Shown in pieces: positions 1 to 8,937 of a stretch of DNA of 64,000 bases. The DNA is from Dehalococcoidia bacterium. GTDB taxonomy: Bacteria; Chloroflexota; Dehalococcoidia; Lucifugimonadales; UBA3495. Numbering within the stretch: the first letter of the stretch is position 1; each line of letters starts with the position of its first letter. Position numbers and translations under genes: made by a program. The stretch lies in the NCBI GenBank assembly GCA_965116565.1, contig OZ220699.1, forward strand, positions 2,442,858 through 2,506,857, written 5' to 3'. The notes beneath the pieces were generated by a model that was given only the letters and a program-made list of their open reading frames with translations, made no database searches and was not told the origin of the DNA.

Positions 1-2
1 AA

Positions 3-167
3 TTCGAGGGACACCGACCCGGAACCATCCACATCGCCATCTCCCATGGCGAGGATGTCCACGAGTTCCCGTTGCGCACGCCTCCGCGCCGCCTGGTCAT
101 CAAGCGCCGCTCCTGCAACACCGCCCTCACCGAGTTGCGCAAGTTGATCACAACCGCGGCCTCCTGA
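3..167 (+). CDS. 3' end of an unidentified protein gene that starts upstream of the window
   Basis: Frame 3 is open from the window edge to TGA 165-167 with GC-rich third positions (...GTIHIAISHGEDVHEFPLRTPPRRLVIKRRSCNTALTELRKLITTAAS*). A strong hairpin terminator follows 30 nt later. It is absent from the ORF track only because it has no start in the window. No family recognised. Confidence 0.35.
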   Translation, partial: FEGHRPGTIHIAISHGEDVHEFPLRTPPRRLVIKRRSCNTALTELRKLITTAAS

Positions 168-196
168 CCGGTCGCAACCATCCTGAACAGCAAAAA

Positions 197-229
197 GGGC
201 GGGTCATTGAGACCCGCCCTGATTTTTCT
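197..229. terminator. Bidirectional rho-independent terminator between convergent genes
   Basis: GGGCGGGTC (197-205) / loop ATTGA / GACCCGCCC (211-219). An A-run lies on the 5' side (T-run for the minus-strand VWA gene ending at 246) and TGATTTTTCT on the 3' side. Confidence 0.75.
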
Positions 230-245
230 GCGTTGGCGCTTGCCG

Positions 246-3200
246 TTACCGCACCATCGTCAGTGACCGGTACAGCATGGGCAGCCTTTCCGGCAACGCC
301 CAGATGTCGTCCAGCACCTCGTAGTTCAGGTCCCCGCACATGGTCTTGAGATAGTCGTGACCGGCCTTGTCCACCGTAAGGCAGAACGGGACGATCTCCT
401 TACGCTTGGCCTCCACCAGCGCCTGGTGGGTGTCGTGGACCGCGTACTCTTTCTCGACGCCCTCGCGACTGTAGCCCCGGTCCTGCGGTCGCCCGTCGCT
501 GATCAGGAACATGATCTTGGTCGCCGCGTCCTGGTTCTCCAGCTTGGTGATGGCGTGGCGGATCGCCGACCCCATTCGCGTGGCGTGCAGCGGCGTAACC
601 TTGTCGATCCGCCTCTTAATCTTGTCGTTGAACTGCTCCTCGATGTCCTTGATGACGTAGAACTCAACGTTCTCCCGACCGTAGCCCGAGAAGCCGTATA
701 TTCCGTACGTGTCGCCGATGGACTCGAGTGCGTTGATCAGCAGCGCGCAGCTTTCCCGTTCCAGGTCGATGATGCGCTTGTAGTGTCGGCGCACCAGGCC
801 TTCCCGCCTCCGGCGCAGCCATACCATGTATTCCACCGGGTCGTCCGGAGCGTCCCGGTCGTCCACGGAGTGGCGGCCTTCGTCGATTGCCTCAGCCGTC
901 GACGCTGACATGTCCAGCAGGAACACCACGGCAACGTCGCGCTCCACGCGGTTGCGCCGCCAGTAGATCTTCTCGTCCGGTGGCACGTTCATGCGTAGGT
1001 CGGCCCACGCCTCCAGGGCGGAGTTGAGGTCGATATCCTCACCGTCGATCAGGCGGTACGTCTTGCGCCAGGTCTCAGGCATGATCAGCTCGAACTGCCG
1101 CTTGATGTGCGCCAGCAGCGACGAGTAGTTGCGCAGCGAGTCGTTGTAGAAGTTGACGTCCCCTTCGTCGAGGATCTTCTCCTTGACAATGCACCAGCGC
1201 GGTTTGTAGTCGTTGGCTCGGAAGTCCCATTCGTCGTAAACGAACGTCTTGGGTTCCAGCGCTTCCAGCTCTCCGCCCGCGTCGTCATCGTGCAGGATCG
1301 GCCCATACCCGCGCCCGGGATCATTGGACGGCGGCGGGACGCCCGCCTCTTTCATGATGTTCTGGGCAAACATCGCCATGCTTTGATCAACGTCCCCTTC
1401 CTGGGCGTCGAGTTCCAGCTCGGCGCTGTCCTGGAGCAACTGCTCCAGTTCCTCCTGGGTCATGGGCTCTGCGTCGCCCATCTGGCTCTGGTCCATCTGC
1501 AGTTTCGTCAGCAGTTGCACCATCTCCGGCTTGAAGTCGCCCCGGTACTCAACGGGTTCCGGTGACTCGTACGGGTCTCCTTCGCCCTGTTCGCCTTGCT
1601 GTTCGTCCATTTGGGCCTGGAGCTTGTCCAGCAGGGCCTCGTATTCCTCTTCGGAGAACTCGCCCGGATCATCCAGGTCTTCCGGCTGGTATTCGTCCTC
1701 CGGTTGCTGCTCGTTCCGCAGCCGCGAAATGATCTCGTACGCGCGCAGCGACGCTTCGGAGGTGTCCTCGATCGAAGCCCGCACCGTGCGCAGCCGGTGC
1801 ATGATGCGCGCCAGCATGTGCGCCTCTTCCCGGTACTCTTGCGGGACGGGCAGGCCCTCGAACCGGTCCAGACTCATGTGGACCATCAGCTCGATCAGCG
1901 CCTCCTGCAACGGCAGGTCTTCCACGCGAGGGCGCTGCAGCAGCGCGTCGCCCTGCACGTCCAGCGCCGGCCGCCTGATCCCGGGATAGTCCGTCTTGAT
2001 CAGGTAGTCCAGTCGGCAGTCCTCCAGCACGCTGAACAGATCGAACGCCATACGCCGGTCTTCGAACAACGCCAGGAACCGGCCGATGTCCGTATAGACT
2101 CTCATCGTGCCGCCCTGGGCATCTTCCATCTCCGGGGCGGATATCACGCTGGCATCCTGCAGTTGGAAGTGCTCGGCGGCGGCGGTGCGGATGGCCTCCA
2201 TCCTCGCCTTCGTCGCTTCTTCCATGCGGATGCGGCGGTCCTCGAAAATATTGGCCGCCCGCTCGAACACAAACTCGAAGCTTCCGAATTCGAGGTGCGA
2301 CACCTGGTGCGTCGCGACCACCTTGAACCAGGCGAAGTTCTGGGACTTGTCGTTGTAGTTGTCGATCATCGGCGGCAGATAAACCTTGGTGCCGTCCGTT
2401 GATGCCGTGTCCTGGTCGACCCAGCCGATCTGCCGGCGAACCAGCTCCTCGGTGCTTAGCACTTCGATGTTGATTCCCGAAAGCGCACGCGTGTAGAGCC
2501 GCATGATTCCCTTGACCCGTTCCAGCTCCAGGCTGGACGACAGGGTCTCCAGCATCGCTTCCGACGTGTTGGATTCGATCTTGAAGAATGCGATCCCGCT
2601 TTCCGGATTATCGTTCAGCAGGTCAACTCCCTGCTGGTACCACTGGTCCAACTGGGGCAGCGTGATGCGGTTCAACACCGGGTCCAGGCTCTTCAGGAAC
2701 GGTGGCACCGCGTCTGGCGAGGTCGCCAGCAGCCCTTCGCAAAGGTCCAGGATGTGCCCCTGCGAGCCGGCCGACACGTGCGACAGCGCCTGGGCTCCAT
2801 CGTACAGGAATCGCGAGGTGTCCCGCATGCCCATCTTCGCCAGTTTCTCGCCCAGCCTCAGGAATCGCCCGGTTTGGCCTTCTTCCACGTGCTGCATCGC
2901 CCGGGGCGCCATCTCCAGGCACGCCTTGACCTCTCGCCAACTGGTGTCGGTAAGAGCGCGCGACATCGACAGGAAGGCCTCGCGTTCGCGGCCCATGCCG
3001 GGCAAGACATCGCGACCCAGCACCAGGCACTCGGCAGCCACGTCGTACGACTTGTACGACAGGGCTTCGATCAGCGAGGCAAACACCTCCACGTCCCAGA
3101 ACGGTAGGTTCCGTACCAGATCGGGGCTAACCTCGAAGAACCGCGCCGCCAGGGTGCTGGATTTCCAGGTGCCCTTGTATAGTGAGCGGCCCAGTCCTGC

Positions 3201-3560
3201 CCACCGCGGGATGTACTGCGGCCGCAGGTTGGTAACGATCGTCGGGCTCGCCTTGAAGAACGCAACTGCCAGCGTCGGTGAGTCCTGCGAAAGATAGGTC
3301 CCGCAACGGGCCCACTGCATGAACGACGCGAACGCCAGCGAGCGCGCCACTTCGGGACTAACCTTGTAGTACTCAACGGCCGATTCCCAGGATCGCACGG
3401 TCTGGGTGCCGATGGCGGCGCCTTCCTTCGCCCACAACGCAAGCTCCTCGTCGCTGAAGGACTCGCCCATCGCGTCGGCGACGGCTTCGTAGGCTTCGGT
3501 TACTGCCGGTGGTAGTTTGGCCAGTTCAGCTAGAAGCTCGCCACTTGCGGAATTAGTCAA
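246..3560 (-). CDS. CbbO/NorD-like von Willebrand factor A (VWA) protein, 1104 aa
   Basis: C-terminal VWA domain with MIDAS-type motif (VVFLLDMSASTAE ... FLISDGRPQD). It carries the CbbO/NorD-type central motifs (HQVSHLEFGSFEF; YDEWDFRANDYKPRWCIVKE). It lies downstream of a CbbQ/NorQ AAA+ gene. TTG start at 3560 overlaps the stop of the NUDIX gene by 8 nt. Confidence 0.8.
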   Translation of the reverse strand: MTNSASGELLAELAKLPPAVTEAYEAVADAMGESFSDEELALWAKEGAAIGTQTVRSWESAVEYYKVSPEVARSLAFASFMQWARCGTYLSQDSPTLAVAFFKASPTIVTNLRPQYIPRWAGLGRSLYKGTWKSSTLAARFFEVSPDLVRNLPFWDVEVFASLIEALSYKSYDVAAECLVLGRDVLPGMGREREAFLSMSRALTDTSWREVKACLEMAPRAMQHVEEGQTGRFLRLGEKLAKMGMRDTSRFLYDGAQALSHVSAGSQGHILDLCEGLLATSPDAVPPFLKSLDPVLNRITLPQLDQWYQQGVDLLNDNPESGIAFFKIESNTSEAMLETLSSSLELERVKGIMRLYTRALSGINIEVLSTEELVRRQIGWVDQDTASTDGTKVYLPPMIDNYNDKSQNFAWFKVVATHQVSHLEFGSFEFVFERAANIFEDRRIRMEEATKARMEAIRTAAAEHFQLQDASVISAPEMEDAQGGTMRVYTDIGRFLALFEDRRMAFDLFSVLEDCRLDYLIKTDYPGIRRPALDVQGDALLQRPRVEDLPLQEALIELMVHMSLDRFEGLPVPQEYREEAHMLARIMHRLRTVRASIEDTSEASLRAYEIISRLRNEQQPEDEYQPEDLDDPGEFSEEEYEALLDKLQAQMDEQQGEQGEGDPYESPEPVEYRGDFKPEMVQLLTKLQMDQSQMGDAEPMTQEELEQLLQDSAELELDAQEGDVDQSMAMFAQNIMKEAGVPPPSNDPGRGYGPILHDDDAGGELEALEPKTFVYDEWDFRANDYKPRWCIVKEKILDEGDVNFYNDSLRNYSSLLAHIKRQFELIMPETWRKTYRLIDGEDIDLNSALEAWADLRMNVPPDEKIYWRRNRVERDVAVVFLLDMSASTAEAIDEGRHSVDDRDAPDDPVEYMVWLRRRREGLVRRHYKRIIDLERESCALLINALESIGDTYGIYGFSGYGRENVEFYVIKDIEEQFNDKIKRRIDKVTPLHATRMGSAIRHAITKLENQDAATKIMFLISDGRPQDRGYSREGVEKEYAVHDTHQALVEAKRKEIVPFCLTVDKAGHDYLKTMCGDLNYEVLDDIWALPERLPMLYRSLTMVR

Positions 3561-4149
3561 GGCTAATGTCCTCCTTGTTCAAACCATCCTCTACTGTCTC
3601 AAGGAATTGGTCGAGGATTTTAGCGGTCGCGCCGTACACCAGGTGCTCTTGGTAACCGTATGAACGCACCGCCACGCGTTCGCCGTCTTCAATGCGGGAA
3701 TCCCATCTCCAACTGGAGGGATTTCGCAGAACGTTCAGGGGAATCTCAACGACTTCCGCTATCTCTATCGAACTTGGCCGGAACTCGTAGGGGTAGGGTA
3801 TCGTCCCCACGAACACCTTCACCAGGAAGTTTGACCGTGTAACATTGTCGTCCAGTCGCCCCAGGATTGTTATGTCGTCCCGGGCGATTCCCATCTCTTC
3901 GTGCGTTTCCCGCCGCGCCGTGGCCTCATAGTCCACGTCTTCCGGATCCTTGGCGCCCCCGGGGAACGACATTTCACCCTTGTGGTGCTCGACCGTCATC
4001 GACCGCTTGTTCAGCAGTACGCAGTAGTCGTCGTCCTTGCGGTACAGCAATAGCATTACTGCCGCCGGCATCAGGCCATCCGGGGCGGCAGTAACAACTT
4101 CGCGTCGCGCCAGTGCGTCGCGTATCAGGTCGAGGGTGTTTTCACCCAT
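3553..4149 (-). CDS. NUDIX hydrolase, CoA pyrophosphatase-like
   Basis: Nudix box GGAKDPEDVDYEATARRETHEEMGI is preceded by the CoA-type signature LLNKRSMTVEHHKGEMSFPGG. ATG at 4147-4149 (MGENTLDL...). The longer 326-aa track ORF overlaps the CbbQ-like gene and is rejected. Confidence 0.8.
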   Translation of the reverse strand: MGENTLDLIRDALARREVVTAAPDGLMPAAVMLLLYRKDDDYCVLLNKRSMTVEHHKGEMSFPGGAKDPEDVDYEATARRETHEEMGIARDDITILGRLDDNVTRSNFLVKVFVGTIPYPYEFRPSSIEIAEVVEIPLNVLRNPSSWRWDSRIEDGERVAVRSYGYQEHLVYGATAKILDQFLETVEDGLNKEDISLD

Positions 4150-4163
4150 GCAGCCTCCAGTGG

Positions 4164-5075
4164 CTACTCGAAGATGGAGTAGACCACCTCTTCGATGCTC
4201 CGCTGCAATTCTTCCTCGTCCGTCAACGTCCAGACGATCGCGACCTGGCAGGCCCGGCGTGCCGGAATGCCCTGGCGCATCAAGCGGCCCGCGTAAATCA
4301 GCAAGCGTGTGCTGGCGCCTTCGGCGAGGCCGTGTTCCCGCAGGTTCCGGATTTTCTCGCCAAGGCGGGCCAGAGCATGCGCGTCCACATCGGAGCAGCC
4401 GCTCTCTTTCTCCACGATCTCCGCTTCGATGTCCACCGGCGGATAGTCGAACTCGATGGAGATGAACCGCTGCCTGGTGCTGTGCTTCAGGTCCTTCAGC
4501 GCGCTCTGGTAGTGCGGGTTGTAGGAGATGCACAGCAGGAACCGGTCGTCCGCCTCGATGATGTTGCCCGTCTTCTCCACTGGCAGGATGCGGCGGTGGT
4601 CCGTCAACGGGTGAATCAGCACGGTCGTGTCTTTCCGCGCTTCAACCACCTCGTCCAGGTACAGAATCGCCCCGGCTTTGACCGCCCTGGTCATCGGGCC
4701 GTCAATCCAGCGCGTCCCGTTGGCGTCCAGCAGGTAGCGCCCAACCAGGTCGCTTGCGGTCAGGTCTTCGTGGCACGCAATGGTTACCAGCGGTACCCGA
4801 ACCTCTCCCTCGCGCATGTCCTGCGACGCCTGGTTCCTCACCGCCGTGATCGGCCGACCCAGCTTCCATGCCATGTATTCGACGAATCGCGTCTTGCCGC
4901 AGCCCGTCGGTCCTTTCAGCAGGACCGGGATGTGCTGCTCGTAAGCAGCCTCAAACAGCTCCAGCTCGTCGCCAATCGCTCGGTAATACGGTTCGCTCCG
5001 AACCAGGAATTCCTCGATGGCAAATTCCTTGAAACTGGGTTCGTCTTCAAGCAGTTCGATGTTCGCTTCAACCAT
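4164..5075 (-). CDS. CbbQ/NirQ/NorQ/GpvN-family MoxR-type AAA+ ATPase
   Basis: Walker [14 protein letters not shown], then [17 protein letters not shown]...[51 protein letters not shown], near-diagnostic for the CbbQ/NorQ family. Its ATG overlaps the coaE stop by 8 nt. Confidence 0.9.
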   Translation of the reverse strand: MVEANIELLEDEPSFKEFAIEEFLVRSEPYYRAIGDELELFEAAYEQHIPVLLKGPTGCGKTRFVEYMAWKLGRPITAVRNQASQDMREGEVRVPLVTIACHEDLTASDLVGRYLLDANGTRWIDGPMTRAVKAGAILYLDEVVEARKDTTVLIHPLTDHRRILPVEKTGNIIEADDRFLLCISYNPHYQSALKDLKHSTRQRFISIEFDYPPVDIEAEIVEKESGCSDVDAHALARLGEKIRNLREHGLAEGASTRLLIYAGRLMRQGIPARRACQVAIVWTLTDEEELQRSIEEVVYSIFE

Positions 5076-5685
5076 TGCTTTGATTTACCTTTCCTTCCAC
5101 TCGGGTCTGCCACAGATTTTTGACCCCGTGTTCCAACGCGGCCAAGTCGGCCGAGTTGTCGACCACCACGTCGGAACGCCGGTTGCGCTCTTCGACAGAC
5201 ATCTGTGAGTTGATTCGTTTCCTGGCTTCCTCTTCGCTCAGACCATTGCGCGCATGCAGGCGTTCGACCACAGTTTCCACCGGGGCATAGGTGGTCCAAA
5301 CTTCATCAACCAGGGAGTCCCATCCGGCTTCAAACAGCACCGCGGCTTCCACCACGGCTACGGATTCACCGGCGGCGGCGAGGTCGGCCTTCCGTTCCTC
5401 GACCATGCCCGCCATCAACGGGTGCATGATGCCGTTCAGTCGAGCTAGTTCCTCTGGGTCCGCAAATACGATGGATCCCAATTTGCGTCGGTCGATTTCG
5501 CCCTCGGCAGTCAGTATCTCCTGTCCAAACGCCGCCACAACTTGTTGCCATGCTTCCGAATTCGGGGTATAGGCTTCGTGCCCCAGCCGGTCCGCGTCAA
5601 TCACCGACGCTCCTAGCTTCTGCAATAGGTCCGCGACCGCGCTTTTGCCGCTGCCTATCCCTCCCGTTAATCCAATGGTAAGCAT
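5068..5685 (-). CDS. coaE: Dephospho-CoA kinase
   Basis: [21 protein letters not shown]...[12 protein letters not shown] is the typical CoaE N-terminus and P-loop. ATG at 5683-5685 is chosen over the longer track ORF. Confidence 0.88.
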   Translation of the reverse strand: MLTIGLTGGIGSGKSAVADLLQKLGASVIDADRLGHEAYTPNSEAWQQVVAAFGQEILTAEGEIDRRKLGSIVFADPEELARLNGIMHPLMAGMVEERKADLAAAGESVAVVEAAVLFEAGWDSLVDEVWTTYAPVETVVERLHARNGLSEEEARKRINSQMSVEERNRRSDVVVDNSADLAALEHGVKNLWQTRVEGKVNQSNG

Positions 5686-5921
5686 GACCACCCAGACGGT
5701 AAGACTGGCGGAAATTCTAACAAGGCGTACGGAATCGGTCAACCGACGCCCCTTTCCCGTCCCAACTGCGCCAGCATCCCTACCGAACCCAACCCGGTTG
5801 CGCCTGAGCTGTGGATGCGCATGTCCCGGACGCATCGACGCGGGACCGCAGGGGCGAAGCAGCGTCCCACCGACGGAATTACGTTGCTGCCCAAATGCCC
5901 AGTTTTATGGATCACGATATC

Positions 5922-5949
5922 TTGACAAATCCCCTCCCTGGTGTAGATT
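5922..5949 (+). promoter_or_regulatory. Candidate sigma-70-type promoter for the ABC importer operon
   Basis: TTGACA (5922-5927), 16-nt spacer, TAGATT (5944-5949), about 120 nt upstream of the binding-protein start in an AT-richer leader. Confidence 0.4.
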
Positions 5950-6068
5950 AGCGTCGATAATCCACAGTTATCCTAACGAACTGCGTAATACACTAATGCG
6001 CCGTATATTATGTGACGTAATTCGTCGTCGGTTGCTCCAGGTTGCGTGTCATCAAAAGGAGGTACCGG

Positions 6069-7919
6069 ATGTCCGGCATCTTTAGCGTTAAATCAGTCGT
6101 TTCCCTGGCCGTTGCTTTGCTGTTGGTGTTGGCGCTCGCGTGTGGCGGAACGGCCCCTGCGGAACCCCAGCAACCCGCTCCCGCCGCGCCGCAGTCTCAG
6201 GCCCAGCCCGCCGCCGCCACCGCGGCGCCCGCAGCCCAGCCTGCTCCCACAGCCATGCCCGGTGAGGAGCCCACAGCTACCCCGTTCGCCACTGCCGTTC
6301 CCACGGTGCCACCCAAAGTTCAGGCGGAGACCCCGCGCCTGATGCTCAAAGCGCCTGAGGACAACCCGAAGCGCGGCGGCATCATGCAGTGGGCCGGCCT
6401 CTCCGACTCTCCCCACTTCGACATGCACCAGTGCAACACCGCCGCTTGTGCACAGCCCCAGGGTGTTTACTTCGACAACCTGTTGCGTTACAGCCCGTTC
6501 GACGGCGGCAAGGAAGTCATCCCCGACCTGGCCTACGCTTGGGAAGTCTCCGATGATGGCCTCATCTACACCTTCCATCTCCGTGAGGGCGTCCTGTTCC
6601 ACGACGGCGCCGAGCTCACTTCAGAGGACGTCAAGGCCACTTTCGACCGCATCATCTTCCCGCCGGTTGGCATGATCTCGCCCCGACAGAGCGTTTTCCT
6701 GGCGGTCGAAGAACTTCGCGCCGTGGACCCCTATACCGTGGAATTCGTCCTCAGCGCTCCACGGGGCTTCATGCCCGCGGCCATCGCCAACGGCTGGAAC
6801 GTCATCGAACGGAAGAAAACGCTGGATGACAACAACCTCGACCTGAAAAAGCTCAAGCCGGGCACCACGGTCCACCCGGGAACCGGCCCCTTTATCCTCG
6901 AGGATCACCAGGCCGGCGAATTCTGGAAGGCTTCGCGCAACCCCAACTACTGGAACCCCGAACTCCCCTATCTGGACGGCATCCAGCACAGCCATTTGGC
7001 CTACGGGCCCGCCACCGGAGCGGCTCTGATCACCGGACGCGTTGACTACGTGTACGGCGCCGGCGCCGACCTGCGCGACGATATTCGTCAGAACTACAAC
7101 GACACCCACACCGTTGTCGTGTACCCCATCCCGTCCATCGGCGGTATGTTCGTGAACCACGAAAGCGACGGTTTGTCCGACGCCAGGGTGCGCCGGGCCA
7201 TCTCCATCGTGCAGGACCGCTGCGCGATCAAGGTTGCGGTGGCCGCCATCCGCGAAATCGAGGTGGGCACCTGGATCGTGCCCAACGATCCTGACTTTGG
7301 CGCCTCATACCGCGAGGACACCCTCAACAAGAAGTCCGGTTACAACTGTCCCGCCTCCACCGATGACATCGCCACGGCGCAGCAGTTGCTGGCCGACGCC
7401 GGTTATCCCAACGGTGATGGTTTCCCGACGCTGGACCTCATGGTGCGCGACATCAACTTCCTGGTCTCGCCAATGGCGCCCATGATGCAGGCCTTTATGA
7501 AGCAGAACCTCAACATCAACAGTGAAATTCGGGTCGTCCACACCTCGGTGTGGCAGGAAGACCGCGATCAGGGCAACTACGACCTTGCCGTCAACGGCAC
7601 TCCGACCCCGCTCGCGTCGACTCCCGCCTACTGGGGTTCCTGGTTCGGCACCGGCAGTGGCAGTAACTGGAACCGCGGCTCATCCAACCCCGAGTTCGAC
7701 TCCGTGGTCGCGGAGTTGATCGAAACGACCGATCCGGCGCTCAAGGAGGAACTGACGCTGAAGGGCGCCGAGATCCTGGAAGAATGGACCCCGATGATCC
7801 TGATCAACCACTTCACCATCATCGACGGGTTCGCCAAGTACCTCAAAGGACACGGACGCGCCAACCGCGTAACCCTGTTCAACGACATCCGTTTCGACAC
7901 CGCCTGGCTGGACAAATAA
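6069..7919 (+). CDS. ABC transporter substrate-binding lipoprotein, family 5 (peptide/nickel-type)
   Basis: AAAGGAGG RBS lies before ATG 6069. Signal peptide with lipobox (LVLALAC-GG), a Pro/Ala-rich linker, then the family-5 SBP fold (…YTFHLREGVLFHDG…). Followed by two permease genes. Confidence 0.85.
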   Translation: MSGIFSVKSVVSLAVALLLVLALACGGTAPAEPQQPAPAAPQSQAQPAAATAAPAAQPAPTAMPGEEPTATPFATAVPTVPPKVQAETPRLMLKAPEDNPKRGGIMQWAGLSDSPHFDMHQCNTAACAQPQGVYFDNLLRYSPFDGGKEVIPDLAYAWEVSDDGLIYTFHLREGVLFHDGAELTSEDVKATFDRIIFPPVGMISPRQSVFLAVEELRAVDPYTVEFVLSAPRGFMPAAIANGWNVIERKKTLDDNNLDLKKLKPGTTVHPGTGPFILEDHQAGEFWKASRNPNYWNPELPYLDGIQHSHLAYGPATGAALITGRVDYVYGAGADLRDDIRQNYNDTHTVVVYPIPSIGGMFVNHESDGLSDARVRRAISIVQDRCAIKVAVAAIREIEVGTWIVPNDPDFGASYREDTLNKKSGYNCPASTDDIATAQQLLADAGYPNGDGFPTLDLMVRDINFLVSPMAPMMQAFMKQNLNINSEIRVVHTSVWQEDRDQGNYDLAVNGTPTPLASTPAYWGSWFGTGSGSNWNRGSSNPEFDSVVAELIETTDPALKEELTLKGAEILEEWTPMILINHFTIIDGFAKYLKGHGRANRVTLFNDIRFDTAWLDK

Positions 7920-7922
7920 GCC

Positions 7923-8882
7923 ATGTTGTTGAAGTACATCGGCCGCCGGCTTCTGTACTCGTTGCCCGGCCTGATCGGCATCACCATTATCATATTTCTG
8001 GCGTTGCGGATCCTGCCGGGTGACCCTCTCGCCATCCTGTATGGCGAGGGCGGTCGCGAAAACCTGACCGCGGCTGACATCGCTGAGATCAAGCGGCAGC
8101 TGGGGATAGACCGGCCACTCTACATTCAGTACGCCGACTGGATGAAGGACGTGTTCACCGGCAAGATGGGCGAGTCATTCTGGCGCGGCGACTCCGTGTC
8201 GGAGTTGATCATCCGTCGCGGCCCGCTCACCGCCGAAATCGCCATCGTTGCGGTTCTGGTGTCCTGGATCATCGGGTTGCCCGTGGGAATTCTGGGCGCG
8301 ATCAAGCAGAACAGCTTGGCCGACTATGTATCCAGATTTCTGACCATCATATTCCTAGCAGTGCCCAGCTTCTGGGTCGCTATCCTCGTGGTGGTGGTAT
8401 CCCTGCTTGCGTTCAACTACCGACCGCCGCTTGGGATCATTCAAATCTGGGAGGACCCGATTACGAACCTGCAAATCGTGATCGCACCCGGAATCGTCCT
8501 GGGCCTAGCCACCTCCGCGTACATCGCTCGCATGGCTCGCACCACGCTGCTTGAGGTGATACGCGATGATTACGTTCGCACCGCCCGAGCGAAGGGTCTG
8601 CCGGAGCGTTTGGTCGTGCTGCGCCACGCCCTCCGCAACGCCCTCCTTCCGGTGTTGACTCTGTCCGGCGTTCTGTTCGGCCTGCTGTTGGGCGGTTCCG
8701 TGGCCGTGGAGACCGCCTTCACGGTCCCCGGACTTGGCACCGCCCTGGTGCAGGCGTTCACGGAGCGCGATTTCGTCGTCGTCCAGAACCTGGTGCTCCT
8801 CTACGGGATCATCTTCGTACTGGTCAACCTGTCCATCGACGTGATGTACGCGGTCCTCGACCCCAGGATACGCTACGACTGA
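7923..8882 (+). CDS. ABC transporter permease (DppB/OppB-like)
   Basis: N-terminus MLLKYIGRRLLYSLPGLIGITIIIFLALRILPGDP and the EAA-type loop (IRDDYVRTARAKGL) are typical of the BPD inner-membrane component. Confidence 0.9.
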   Translation: MLLKYIGRRLLYSLPGLIGITIIIFLALRILPGDPLAILYGEGGRENLTAADIAEIKRQLGIDRPLYIQYADWMKDVFTGKMGESFWRGDSVSELIIRRGPLTAEIAIVAVLVSWIIGLPVGILGAIKQNSLADYVSRFLTIIFLAVPSFWVAILVVVVSLLAFNYRPPLGIIQIWEDPITNLQIVIAPGIVLGLATSAYIARMARTTLLEVIRDDYVRTARAKGLPERLVVLRHALRNALLPVLTLSGVLFGLLLGGSVAVETAFTVPGLGTALVQAFTERDFVVVQNLVLLYGIIFVLVNLSIDVMYAVLDPRIRYD

Positions 8883-8937
8883 TCGCAGATAAACCATTAA
8901 TCCACTGCCCTCCCGGGCCGCTCAAAGGGAACAACCT

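Noticed and set aside
3553-4533. 326-aa track ORF extending the NUDIX gene 384 nt upstream
   Set aside because: The extra 128 aa are Arg/Gly/Pro-rich. They overlap the well-supported CbbQ-like gene in another frame. The NUDIX homology begins at the internal ATG 4147-4149, 14 nt after the CbbQ-like stop.
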